From assembly GCA_964612925.1 (NCBI GenBank), contig CAZTFU010000002.1, positions 42,196 to 106,195 on the forward strand: DNA of 64,000 nt, given 5' to 3'. A model generated the notes under the pieces. It saw nothing but the letters and a program-made list of their open reading frames with translations, did no database searches and was not told where the DNA came from. Origin of the DNA: an uncultured Clostridium sp. Its GTDB lineage: Bacteria; Bacillota; Clostridia; Christensenellales; CAG-138. The position numbers and the translations under genes are program-made. Positions 26,555 to 34,720 of this stretch are shown piece by piece. Position 1 is the stretch's first letter. Each line of letters begins with the position of its first letter.

Positions 26555-28354
26555 ATGTCACATAAGAAAGAGCGCAAAGCGGGCATAATGGATATTCTAC
26601 GCAGCCCATACGCGCATCGGTTTTTCCGCAAGTACAAGTGGAGCTATCTTATCGGTATGGCAATACTGGTGATTATAGACGCCGCACAAACGGAAGTACC
26701 CGGCATAGTCGGCGGAGTTATAGACGGGATAAGGGATGCAAGCATAGAAGAAACAGACTTTGTTTCCGCAATAATTAAAATGGCTCTTATAGGCATTGCT
26801 GTTTTTGTCGGAAGAATAGGGTGGAGATATTGCATCTTCGGCGCATCGCGCAAAATAGAACGCGATATGCGCAACGATCTTTTCAGCCACCTGAACACCC
26901 TGCCGGTATCATTTTTCCACGAGCATAAGGCCGGTGAAATAATGGCATACATGACCAACGACATAGAGGCCGTTCGCATGACGTTTGCCGTTACGATTAT
27001 GATGGGTCTTGATATGATTACGATAGGCATAACCACGCTTATTAAAATGATAACCCAGATAGATCTGCGTTTGAGCCTTATAACCGTTATACCGCTTAGC
27101 ATGGTTGCATTTGTAAGTATGTTTGTCGGGCGCGAAATGCATAAGCGCTTTACAAAGCGTCAGGAGGTATTTGCCAAGGTTTCGGACTTCGTGCAGGAAA
27201 AGCTGAACGGCATAAAGGTAGTAAAGGCATTTGTGCAGGAAGAAAAGGAATATGCCGCATTTGAAGCGGTAAACAGCGAATCCCGCACGGCAAACATAAG
27301 GGACGCTAGAATACAGGCGTTCATGTTCCCGTTCATGCATATGATAGCCGGCTGTTCAATGGCCATAGCCATAGCGTACGGCGGTTATATTGCAATACTC
27401 GGGCGCATATCTGTTGGCGATTTTTCCGCGTTTGTACAGTACCTCAATATGCTTGTTTGGCCGATAGCTTCCATAGGAAGGATAATAAACGTGGTAACGC
27501 GCGGCTCCGCTTCTCTAAAACGAGTTGAAGCTGTACTGCATACGGAATCCGACATAAAGGATGCTCTGCCTGAGGTTACAAGTTCGGAACCGATACGCGG
27601 AGAGATAGAAGCGCGAGAGCTTACTTTCCGTTATGACGGTACCGATAAGGATGTGCTGAAGGATATTTCATTCCACATTCAGCCGGGTCAGACACTTGGC
27701 ATTGTCGGCCGCACGGGCGCTGGAAAAACAACGCTTGTCAATCTGTTCCAAAGGATTTACGATCCCGATGACGATATGCTTTATATCGGCGGCAGGGAAA
27801 TACATACGATACCGCTTGAAACTCTTCGTGCGTCAATGGGCTATGTCATGCAGGATAATTTCCTGTTCTCCGATACGGTACGCAATAATATTACCTTCGG
27901 TGACCATTCAAAAACATTTGAGGAAGTTCAGCATGCGGCCGAAATGGCCTGCGTACACGACAATATAGTGGATTTCCCCGATGGGTATGAAACAGTGGTA
28001 GGCGAACGCGGCGTATCGCTTTCGGGCGGACAAAAGCAGAGGATTTCCATTGCGCGTGCGCTTATACTAAACCCTGAAATTCTAATACTTGACGATGCAC
28101 TTTCCGCCGTTGATACCGATACGGAGGAAAAGATACTCGAAAACCTCAAAGAAGAAAGACGGGGCAAGACCAACGTTATAATTGCGCACCGTATATCAAC
28201 GCTGCAAAATGCGGATAAGATAATCGTAATAGACGGTGCAAACATAATAGAAGAAGGTAACCACGATCAGCTTGTTGCCATGGGCGGAATGTATGCGGAG
28301 CTTTACCATAAGCAGCTTCTTGAAAAGATGAAGAAGGAGGAGTATAAGCTATGA
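26555..28354 (+). CDS. ABC exporter half-transporter (TMD-NBD), subunit carrying the degenerate catalytic site
   Basis: 6-TM N-terminal domain. Walker A GRTGAGKTT, canonical signature LSGGQKQR. The Walker B is ILILDDALS, with Asp in place of the catalytic Glu. Confidence 0.9.
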   Translation: MSHKKERKAGIMDILRSPYAHRFFRKYKWSYLIGMAILVIIDAAQTEVPGIVGGVIDGIRDASIEETDFVSAIIKMALIGIAVFVGRIGWRYCIFGASRKIERDMRNDLFSHLNTLPVSFFHEHKAGEIMAYMTNDIEAVRMTFAVTIMMGLDMITIGITTLIKMITQIDLRLSLITVIPLSMVAFVSMFVGREMHKRFTKRQEVFAKVSDFVQEKLNGIKVVKAFVQEEKEYAAFEAVNSESRTANIRDARIQAFMFPFMHMIAGCSMAIAIAYGGYIAILGRISVGDFSAFVQYLNMLVWPIASIGRIINVVTRGSASLKRVEAVLHTESDIKDALPEVTSSEPIRGEIEARELTFRYDGTDKDVLKDISFHIQPGQTLGIVGRTGAGKTTLVNLFQRIYDPDDDMLYIGGREIHTIPLETLRASMGYVMQDNFLFSDTVRNNITFGDHSKTFEEVQHAAEMACVHDNIVDFPDGYETVVGERGVSLSGGQKQRISIARALILNPEILILDDALSAVDTDTEEKILENLKEERRGKTNVIIAHRISTLQNADKIIVIDGANIIEEGNHDQLVAMGGMYAELYHKQLLEKMKKEEYKL

Positions 28355-30168
28355 GCAAAAAAGGCAATAAAACCAAAAAGCTTTCGCCAAATCGCCGCCT
28401 TCTCAAATATGCGCGGCCGTATATAGGGCATTTTGCACTCGCATTTGCTATAATACTTGTGCTTGTTTGGCTTGAACTCTATCAACCGCAAATACTCGGT
28501 GATGCGGTTGATGAATGTGTTGCCAAGTACGAGACCGTTTCAAGTGAAGGCTTTAGCATAGAGGAGCTTAAAGAGCTTAGGGCGGACGATTTGAGCAATG
28601 TTATCAGGCTTGGCCTACTGTACCTTGCAACGGTGCTTGCAGTCATGGCATTAACGTATGCGCAGGCTACAATACTTGCAACCGTTGGCCAAAAGATAAT
28701 TTACAACCTGAGAAATGACATATTCAGCCACATGATGAAGCTTCATATAGGCTTCTATAACGACAATCCCATAGGCCGACTTGTAACAAGGGTTACAAAC
28801 GACTGTGAAACGGTAAACGAAATGTTTACAAGCGTTATAGTAAACATACTCAAGAGCATTATAGTTCTTGTTGGCGTTATCGTAATGATGCTGAGCTATA
28901 ACGTTAAGCTTTCGCTGTATATATTCATTGTACTACCTTTTGTTACAGTTGCTACATTTGTGTTCAGAACCGCAACACGAAAGATATATCGCATAATGCG
29001 TGCCAAAATATCGGAGCTTAACGGCTTCGTGGCGGAACATGTTTCGGGCATGAAGGTGGTTCAGGCATTTACCGCGGAAAACGATGTAAAGACGGATTTT
29101 GAAAACAGGACGGAGGAGCTTCGCGGCATAAATATGCGCCAGCTTATGGCGTTCGCGCTGTACAGCCCGATTTCATATGTTATGAACATTGTTGCGCTTG
29201 CCATACTTATATTCGTCGGCGGACATATGGTGCTTGAAAACGTCATAACGATAGGCACGATAGTTATATTCCAGCGCTATATAAACAAATTCTTCCAGCC
29301 AATTCAGGAACTTGCGGAACAGTTCAACACCATTCAATCCGCAAATGCTTGTGCGGAGCGCATATTCTGGCTGTTGGATACGGAACCCGAAATAAAGAAC
29401 GATCCCGATGCGGTAAGCGTTGATTCTTTCAAGGGCAGAATAGAGTTCAAGAATGTCTGGTTTGCCTACAAGGGTGAAGATTGGGTACTGAAGGACGTTT
29501 CCTTTACGGTTGAGCCCGGACAGCGCGTTGCATTTGTCGGCGCAACGGGCGCGGGTAAAACAACCATACAGAACCTTATCTGCCGCTATTATGATATCCA
29601 AAAGGGCAGCATCACCATTGACGGCATAGACGTAAAAAAGATAAAGACGGAAGATTTAAGGCGTAATATAGGGCAAATGCTTCAGGATGTATTCCTGTTC
29701 TCGGGCGATGTCAAGGACAATATTCGCTTAAACGAAACCTCTATATCCGATGAGGCCATAATGGAGGCCGCAAAGACCGTCAACGCAGCAACCTTCATTG
29801 AAAAGCTTGACGGCGGTTATTCACACAAGGTTATCGAGCGCGGCGCGGCATTTTCCGCAGGACAAAGGCAGCTTATATCCTTCGCACGTGCGCTTGCATT
29901 CAAACCGTCGGTATTGATTCTTGATGAGGCGACGGCGAATATAGATACCGAAACCGAGGGCCTTATTCAGGATGCACTCGGAAAGCTTATGGAGGGTCGA
30001 ACCACAATCATGGTAGCGCACAGGCTTTCCACCATACAGAACGCGGACAACATAATTGTCATGCATAAGGGATGCATCGTTGAAGAGGGTACACATCAGG
30101 AACTGCTTGAACAGGGCGGCATATATTATAAGCTGTATAAGCTGCAATACGAACACGAAACCGCATAA
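28351..30168 (+). CDS. ABC exporter half-transporter (TMD-NBD), consensus-site subunit
   Basis: Walker A GATGAGKTT, Walker B LILDEATANID with Glu present, non-canonical signature FSAGQRQL. 4-nt overlap with the partner gene. Confidence 0.9.
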   Translation: MSKKGNKTKKLSPNRRLLKYARPYIGHFALAFAIILVLVWLELYQPQILGDAVDECVAKYETVSSEGFSIEELKELRADDLSNVIRLGLLYLATVLAVMALTYAQATILATVGQKIIYNLRNDIFSHMMKLHIGFYNDNPIGRLVTRVTNDCETVNEMFTSVIVNILKSIIVLVGVIVMMLSYNVKLSLYIFIVLPFVTVATFVFRTATRKIYRIMRAKISELNGFVAEHVSGMKVVQAFTAENDVKTDFENRTEELRGINMRQLMAFALYSPISYVMNIVALAILIFVGGHMVLENVITIGTIVIFQRYINKFFQPIQELAEQFNTIQSANACAERIFWLLDTEPEIKNDPDAVSVDSFKGRIEFKNVWFAYKGEDWVLKDVSFTVEPGQRVAFVGATGAGKTTIQNLICRYYDIQKGSITIDGIDVKKIKTEDLRRNIGQMLQDVFLFSGDVKDNIRLNETSISDEAIMEAAKTVNAATFIEKLDGGYSHKVIERGAAFSAGQRQLISFARALAFKPSVLILDEATANIDTETEGLIQDALGKLMEGRTTIMVAHRLSTIQNADNIIVMHKGCIVEEGTHQELLEQGGIYYKLYKLQYEHETA

Positions 30169-30185
30169 CACAAAAAGGTCTAAAA

Positions 30186-30216
30186 GGAGCAGGGAACTAT
30201 CTCTGCTCCCTTTTTT
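30186..30216 (+). terminator. rho-independent terminator after the ABC exporter pair
   Basis: GGAGCAG (30186-30192) pairs with CTGCTCC (30203-30209), followed by TTTTTT (30211-30216). Confidence 0.75.
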
Positions 30217-30339
30217 ATTACAAAAAGCAGGAAAAAGTTGTCCGACGGTAAACAAGTGTTTTTACCTAAAATACACGGATTTTTCACACTTGACATTATG
30301 AGGAAACAAACACATCGGTTTTTTCCATGGTAAAAAGCA

Positions 30340-30368
30340 TTGATAAATACGATATGCTTTGGTAACAT
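30340..30368 (+). promoter_or_regulatory. putative sigma-A promoter for the symporter gene
   Basis: TTGATA (30340-30345), 17-nt spacer, TGgTAACAT (30360-30368). Confidence 0.4.
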
Positions 30369-30444
30369 ATTATAAAAGTCAGGGCAAAAAAGAATAGGGG
30401 TGTTCTTATTTGACTCAGAAATTCTATAGGAGGAATATCATTTT

Positions 30445-31866
30445 ATGAACGACGTTTTGCTCCCAATCGTACAAAAGATCAATGGGTATCTTTCAGACTA
30501 TGTTTTGATCATCCTTCTCATTGGCTGCGGCTTGTATTTTTCTATTCGCACTAAATTTGTGCAGGTCCGTTGCTTTGGCGAAGGTATGAAGAATGTTTTC
30601 GGTAATTTGTCACTCAAGGGCGGCAAGCAGGGCGGCGGTATGAGCTCTTTCCAGGCTCTTGCAACCGCAATAGCCGCACAGGTCGGTACCGGTAATATAG
30701 TCGGTGCCTGCGGCGCCATACTTGTCGGCGGCCCCGGTGCAATCTTCTGGATGTGGATAATCGCATTCCTCGGCATGGCTACCATTTATGCAGAAGCTGT
30801 TCTTGCACAGAAGACCCGTATTGTTAAGGAAGACGGACAGGTACACGGCGGCCCCGTTTACTACATCCGTACCGCATTCAAGGGCACCTTCGGTAAGATA
30901 CTTGCCGGCTTCTTTGCCGTTGCTATCATAATAGCTCTCGGCTTCTTCGGCTGCATGGTTCAGTCCAATTCCATAGGTTCCACCATGAATACCGCTTTCG
31001 GTATCCCCACGTGGATTGTCGGTATTGTTCTTGTTATCATCTCCGCCTTCATATTCCTTGGCGGCATGGATCGTCTTGCATCCGTTACCGAAAAGGTAGT
31101 TCCCGTCATGGCGGCTTTCTACATCCTTGGCGGTCTGGTAATCTTCTTTGCCAATATAACCAAGGTTCCTCAGGCGTTCGGTCTTATCTTTAAGTATGCA
31201 TTTGCTCCCCAGGCCATTATCGGCGGCGCATTCGGCGCGGCCATAAAGTCTGCTGTTTCTCAGGGCGCAAAGCGCGGCCTGTTCTCCAACGAAGCCGGTA
31301 TGGGTTCTACCCCTCATGCCCATGCACAGGCCAATGTTAAGGATCCTCATGAACAGGGCACCGTTGCCATGATCGGCGTGTTTATCGACACCTTTGTGGT
31401 TCTCACCATAACAGCCATCAGCGTTGTTATAACCCTTTACACCAGCGGCGGCATACTTGAAAGCGGCGTCATTCCCGAAGGCATCAATAAGACCAACCTT
31501 GCACAGACTGCATTCGGCACACTGCTCGGCGAGGCCGGCGGTAACATCTTCATAGCTATTGCACTGTTCTTCTTCGCATTCTCCACCGTTCTCGGCTGGA
31601 ACATGTTCGGCAAGATCAACGTTGCATACCTCTTCGGTAAGACCCCTAAATCCGAGAAGATAGCCACTACCGCTTACACTGTAATCTCTATAATCTTCAT
31701 ATTCCTTGGCACTCTTGCCTCCAACGATCTGGTTTGGGAGCTGAGCGATATGTTCAACCAGCTTATGGTTATCCCCAACGTTATCGGCTTGATAGCGTGC
31801 AGCGGAATAATACTTTCCGTTACACACTTCAATAAAAAGAAAGACGAAATAAAGGTCGTTGAATAA
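30445..31866 (+). CDS. alanine/glycine:cation symporter (AGCS family)
   Basis: 473 aa polytopic protein. N-terminal LLIGCGLYFSIRTKFVQ and GGPGAIFWMW motifs typical of AGCS. AGGAGG RBS. Strongly biased C/T-ending codons. Confidence 0.88.
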   Translation: MNDVLLPIVQKINGYLSDYVLIILLIGCGLYFSIRTKFVQVRCFGEGMKNVFGNLSLKGGKQGGGMSSFQALATAIAAQVGTGNIVGACGAILVGGPGAIFWMWIIAFLGMATIYAEAVLAQKTRIVKEDGQVHGGPVYYIRTAFKGTFGKILAGFFAVAIIIALGFFGCMVQSNSIGSTMNTAFGIPTWIVGIVLVIISAFIFLGGMDRLASVTEKVVPVMAAFYILGGLVIFFANITKVPQAFGLIFKYAFAPQAIIGGAFGAAIKSAVSQGAKRGLFSNEAGMGSTPHAHAQANVKDPHEQGTVAMIGVFIDTFVVLTITAISVVITLYTSGGILESGVIPEGINKTNLAQTAFGTLLGEAGGNIFIAIALFFFAFSTVLGWNMFGKINVAYLFGKTPKSEKIATTAYTVISIIFIFLGTLASNDLVWELSDMFNQLMVIPNVIGLIACSGIILSVTHFNKKKDEIKVVE

Positions 31867-31899
31867 TATCATCAACCTGTTTTTCACCTGAATGTAATG

Positions 31900-31931
31900 A
31901 ATCAAGGCTCGAATTTCTTCGAGCCTTGATT
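31900..31931. terminator. perfect 14-bp hairpin between convergent symporter and GTPase-NYN genes
   Basis: AATCAAGGCTCGAA-TTTC-TTCGAGCCTTGATT. No long U-tract on either side. Confidence 0.55.
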
Positions 31932-31954
31932 CGTTTAAGACTAATCCGACGGTT

Positions 31955-34570
31955 TTATTCGTTTTTATCTTCCGAAATACGTCCCTGTGCAAGCTTAACT
32001 GATGATCTGTTTACGAGCGCATTTTTCTCCATAAGTTCACGCATGGCGGCCATTGCGGCATCCACCTGCTTTTTGAATTCGTTTGCGCTCAACCGCGCCG
32101 CGCCGTTTCCTGCAATTATAACTTGTTCCATCCTGTCGGATGTTGCGACCTCAACGCGATAGTTTTGGCTCAGTTCGTGGGATGTTTTTTCGATATATGT
32201 ATCCGCGGTTTCGGCCTCCTTGGTATAGACAACGGTAATATTATTTATCTTTTCAATGCTTCCAACATGCCCTTTTATTCGATATGCATCGAAAACCAAA
32301 ATGATTTCACATTTTCTTACTCCCTTGTAATTGCACATAAGGTTTATCAGCCTGCTGCGCGCAAGTTCCATGTTGTCCTTGGCGATTTCCGCAAGTTCAT
32401 CCCATGCAAAAATAATGTTGTAACCGTCAACCAGCAAATAGTCCGCACCCGCGGGGAAGGGGGATATGGCTGTATCCGCTTGAACGGTTTTTGTATTGGT
32501 GCGTCTGAATGCCGCAAGCGGGTCACTCTTGATGGGCCCGTATGTGCGCTCATATATTCTTATAAGCTCCGCTTCATCTTCTCTTGAAAGCGGCTTATAT
32601 GCGGATACATTCGATGAAGGAACGGTTTTCGGCTTCAATGTCCTTTCAAGGTGCATGTGCTCAAAAACCTCATTCCACTTTACGGTATGCCCCGCACCAT
32701 GTACGCAAAAGACGGAATCGGCAGGATTGAGTGTGTCGGCTTCGGCATTGTAGCATAGCTGAGCCACTACCTCATCGGTATTATGACATTCGCGGTATTC
32801 GCTGCCGATTATGCCAAGTCTGCCCATGCCATGGGTATACAGCGCAAGCTGAGATGAATAACCCTGCATTTTTACGGCGGGAGCAAATCCGCGTATAGTG
32901 GCGGTGGAGCCATCCTGTTCGGGAGCCGAAAATTCGGCACAAAGCCGTTGCATATCGCTTAATGCACGCCCTATGGATTGTTCGGGTACGCGCAATGAAA
33001 ACTCATACCATGGTTCAAGCAGCACGCTTTCCGCCTGCATCAAGCCTTGTCTGACTGCGCGATAGGTTGCCTGCCTGAAATCGCCGCCTTCGGTGTGTTT
33101 CAGGTGCGCTCGTCCCGAAACAAGCGTTATTTTAACATCCGTTATGGGAGAGCCCGTAAGAACACCTATGTGTGTTTTTTCGGCCAGATGTGTAAGAATA
33201 AGCCGCTGCCAGTTTTTATCGAGCTTTTCTTCCGAACAATCTGTACAAAGCACTATACCGCTCCCGCGCTTCAGCGGTTCAATAATGACGTGCACTTCGG
33301 CATAGTGCCTTAACGGTTCATAATGGCCCACGCCCTCAACCTTATTTGAAACGGTCTCCTTATAAAGTATACTGCCGTGGTCAAATGTGACTGCCATATT
33401 AAACCTGCTTTTCAAAAGGCTTTGCAGCACTTCCAACTGTATTTCGCCCATAACATGAACGTGTATTTCCTTTAATCGGTCATTCCATACAACGTTAAGT
33501 TCGGGCGTTTCATCTTCAATGCGTTTTAATGCGGTAAATACCTTGGCGATATCAAGCCCGTCGGCAGGTATTACGCGATATGCAAGCACGGGGGCGAGCA
33601 TCGGCTTGGGAGAATTCTTTTCCACGCCAAGTCCTTCGCCCGGCCTTGCAAAAGAAAGGCCGCACAGCGCACATACATTCCCTTCAAACGCTTCTTCCAC
33701 GGTTCTATACTTTGCACCCGAGTAAATGCGTATTTGATCAATCTTTTCGTTCCATTCTTTATTGCCGCTTGTGCCGCACAGTGTTGATTTGACCTTTAGT
33801 CTGCCCGAGGTTATCTTTACAAATGTCAGCCTTGTATCCTGCACATCGGTGGCTATCTTAAAAACCTTTGCTCCGAATTCCTTCTTATGATGTTGCTGTG
33901 CAGTAAAATGAGCAAGGCTGTCCAAAAGTTCGTCTATACCGTCAATTTTCAGTGCAGAACCGAAAAGGCAGGGGAATACGGCACGTGCTTTTACGGCCTT
34001 TATTATGTTTGTATCGCTGACAGTGCCTGAAGTAAGGTAATCCTCGAGCATTTCTTCCGTACAGGTTGCAAGCTCTTCGTACAGCTCATTTTTCGGCCTT
34101 GTGGCCGAAAAGTCGATGAAGCCCGAGGATAACGCAGAAAGCTCGGCTATCAATTCAGCCCTTGACTTTGCGGCTATATCCATCTTATTTACAAAAACAA
34201 ATGTTGGAATACTTGCGCGTTTAAGCATACGAAACAGCGTTTCCGTATGGCTTTGAACGCCGTCGGGAGCACTTATAACAAGAATTGCATAATCTATCAC
34301 GTTAAGCGCGCGTTCCGCTTCGGATGAAAAGTCAACATGACCGGGAGTATCCAAAAGCACAAACTCACATTCGCCGTAATTCAGCTCGGCTTGTTTTGAA
34401 AAAATGGTTATTCCGCGTTGTTTTTCAAGCATATGCGTATCAAGAAAGGCGTTGCCGTGGTCTACTCTGCCGACCCTTCTGAGCATACCGCTCGTGTAGA
34501 GCATAGCTTCGCTAAGGGTCGTTTTCCCTGAATCCACGTGGGCCAAAATGCCTAAGGTAAGTCGTTTCAT
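31955..34570 (-). CDS. translational GTPase (Tet(M)/EF-G family) fused to a C-terminal YacP/Rae1-type NYN ribonuclease domain
   Basis: G1 AHVDSGKT, G3 DTPGH, G4 NKMD, then ~640 aa collinear with ribosomal-protection/EF-G proteins. After a linker come LLVDGYN, LVFDA, ETADTYIE, VATSD (about 32078-32443). The ATG at 34570 (MKRLTLGILAHVD) is preferred over the TTG at 34582. Confidence 0.85.
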   Translation of the reverse strand: MKRLTLGILAHVDSGKTTLSEAMLYTSGMLRRVGRVDHGNAFLDTHMLEKQRGITIFSKQAELNYGECEFVLLDTPGHVDFSSEAERALNVIDYAILVISAPDGVQSHTETLFRMLKRASIPTFVFVNKMDIAAKSRAELIAELSALSSGFIDFSATRPKNELYEELATCTEEMLEDYLTSGTVSDTNIIKAVKARAVFPCLFGSALKIDGIDELLDSLAHFTAQQHHKKEFGAKVFKIATDVQDTRLTFVKITSGRLKVKSTLCGTSGNKEWNEKIDQIRIYSGAKYRTVEEAFEGNVCALCGLSFARPGEGLGVEKNSPKPMLAPVLAYRVIPADGLDIAKVFTALKRIEDETPELNVVWNDRLKEIHVHVMGEIQLEVLQSLLKSRFNMAVTFDHGSILYKETVSNKVEGVGHYEPLRHYAEVHVIIEPLKRGSGIVLCTDCSEEKLDKNWQRLILTHLAEKTHIGVLTGSPITDVKITLVSGRAHLKHTEGGDFRQATYRAVRQGLMQAESVLLEPWYEFSLRVPEQSIGRALSDMQRLCAEFSAPEQDGSTATIRGFAPAVKMQGYSSQLALYTHGMGRLGIIGSEYRECHNTDEVVAQLCYNAEADTLNPADSVFCVHGAGHTVKWNEVFEHMHLERTLKPKTVPSSNVSAYKPLSREDEAELIRIYERTYGPIKSDPLAAFRRTNTKTVQADTAISPFPAGADYLLVDGYNIIFAWDELAEIAKDNMELARSRLINLMCNYKGVRKCEIILVFDAYRIKGHVGSIEKINNITVVYTKEAETADTYIEKTSHELSQNYRVEVATSDRMEQVIIAGNGAARLSANEFKKQVDAAMAAMRELMEKNALVNRSSVKLAQGRISEDKNE

Positions 34571-34599
34571 AGTGCAATCCAATCTTTTAGGATTGTAAT

Positions 34600-34629
34600 A
34601 TTATACATATCTTTGCCCCATCAATGCAA
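34600..34629 (-). promoter_or_regulatory. putative sigma-A promoter for the GTPase-NYN gene
   Basis: Minus strand TTGCAT (34629-34624), 18-nt spacer, TATAAT (34605-34600). The leader to the ATG at 34570 is about 25 nt, with no strong SD. Confidence 0.5.
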
Positions 34630-34635
34630 TACGCC

Positions 34636-34664
34636 TTGCCAACGGGCAAGCAAACAAATATAAT
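34636..34664 (+). promoter_or_regulatory. putative sigma-A promoter for the MATE gene
   Basis: TTGCCA (34636-34641), 17-nt spacer, TATAAT (34659-34664). A small inverted repeat CTTGCC-N4-GGCAAG overlaps the -35. Confidence 0.55.
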
Positions 34665-34720
34665 ATGGCATTGTGAGTTGCGTTTTAGACGCACGATTTT
34701 TAGCTAAAGAAGGACGGATT

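Noticed and set aside
30217-30444. Possible glycine or other riboswitch in the 228-nt leader region upstream of the alanine/glycine symporter
   Set aside because: AGCS genes are often preceded by glycine riboswitches, but I could not find the conserved GGAGAG...CACCG/ACCGAAGGGGCAA-type core. I also found no convincing multi-stem structure, only a plausible promoter. A covariance-model scan (Rfam RF00504) would settle it.
30610-31992. 460-aa minus-strand ORF, the longest unannotated ORF in the track
   Set aside because: - Its codons are in exact register with the sense AGCS symporter codons.
- It is open only because the sense gene avoids TTA, CTA and TCA.
- The predicted protein is low-complexity (Gly/Ala/Asp/Cys-rich) with no motif or RBS.
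- The sense gene has clear family signatures.
- I treat it as a shadow ORF; the underlying codon bias is reported as a finding.
34635-34650. Inverted repeat CTTGCC-N4-GGCAAG overlapping the MATE promoter -35, as a possible TetR operator
   Set aside because: The arms are only 6 bp, so a chance occurrence is plausible. The TetR gene lies downstream with its own promoter, and I see no second copy of the repeat there.
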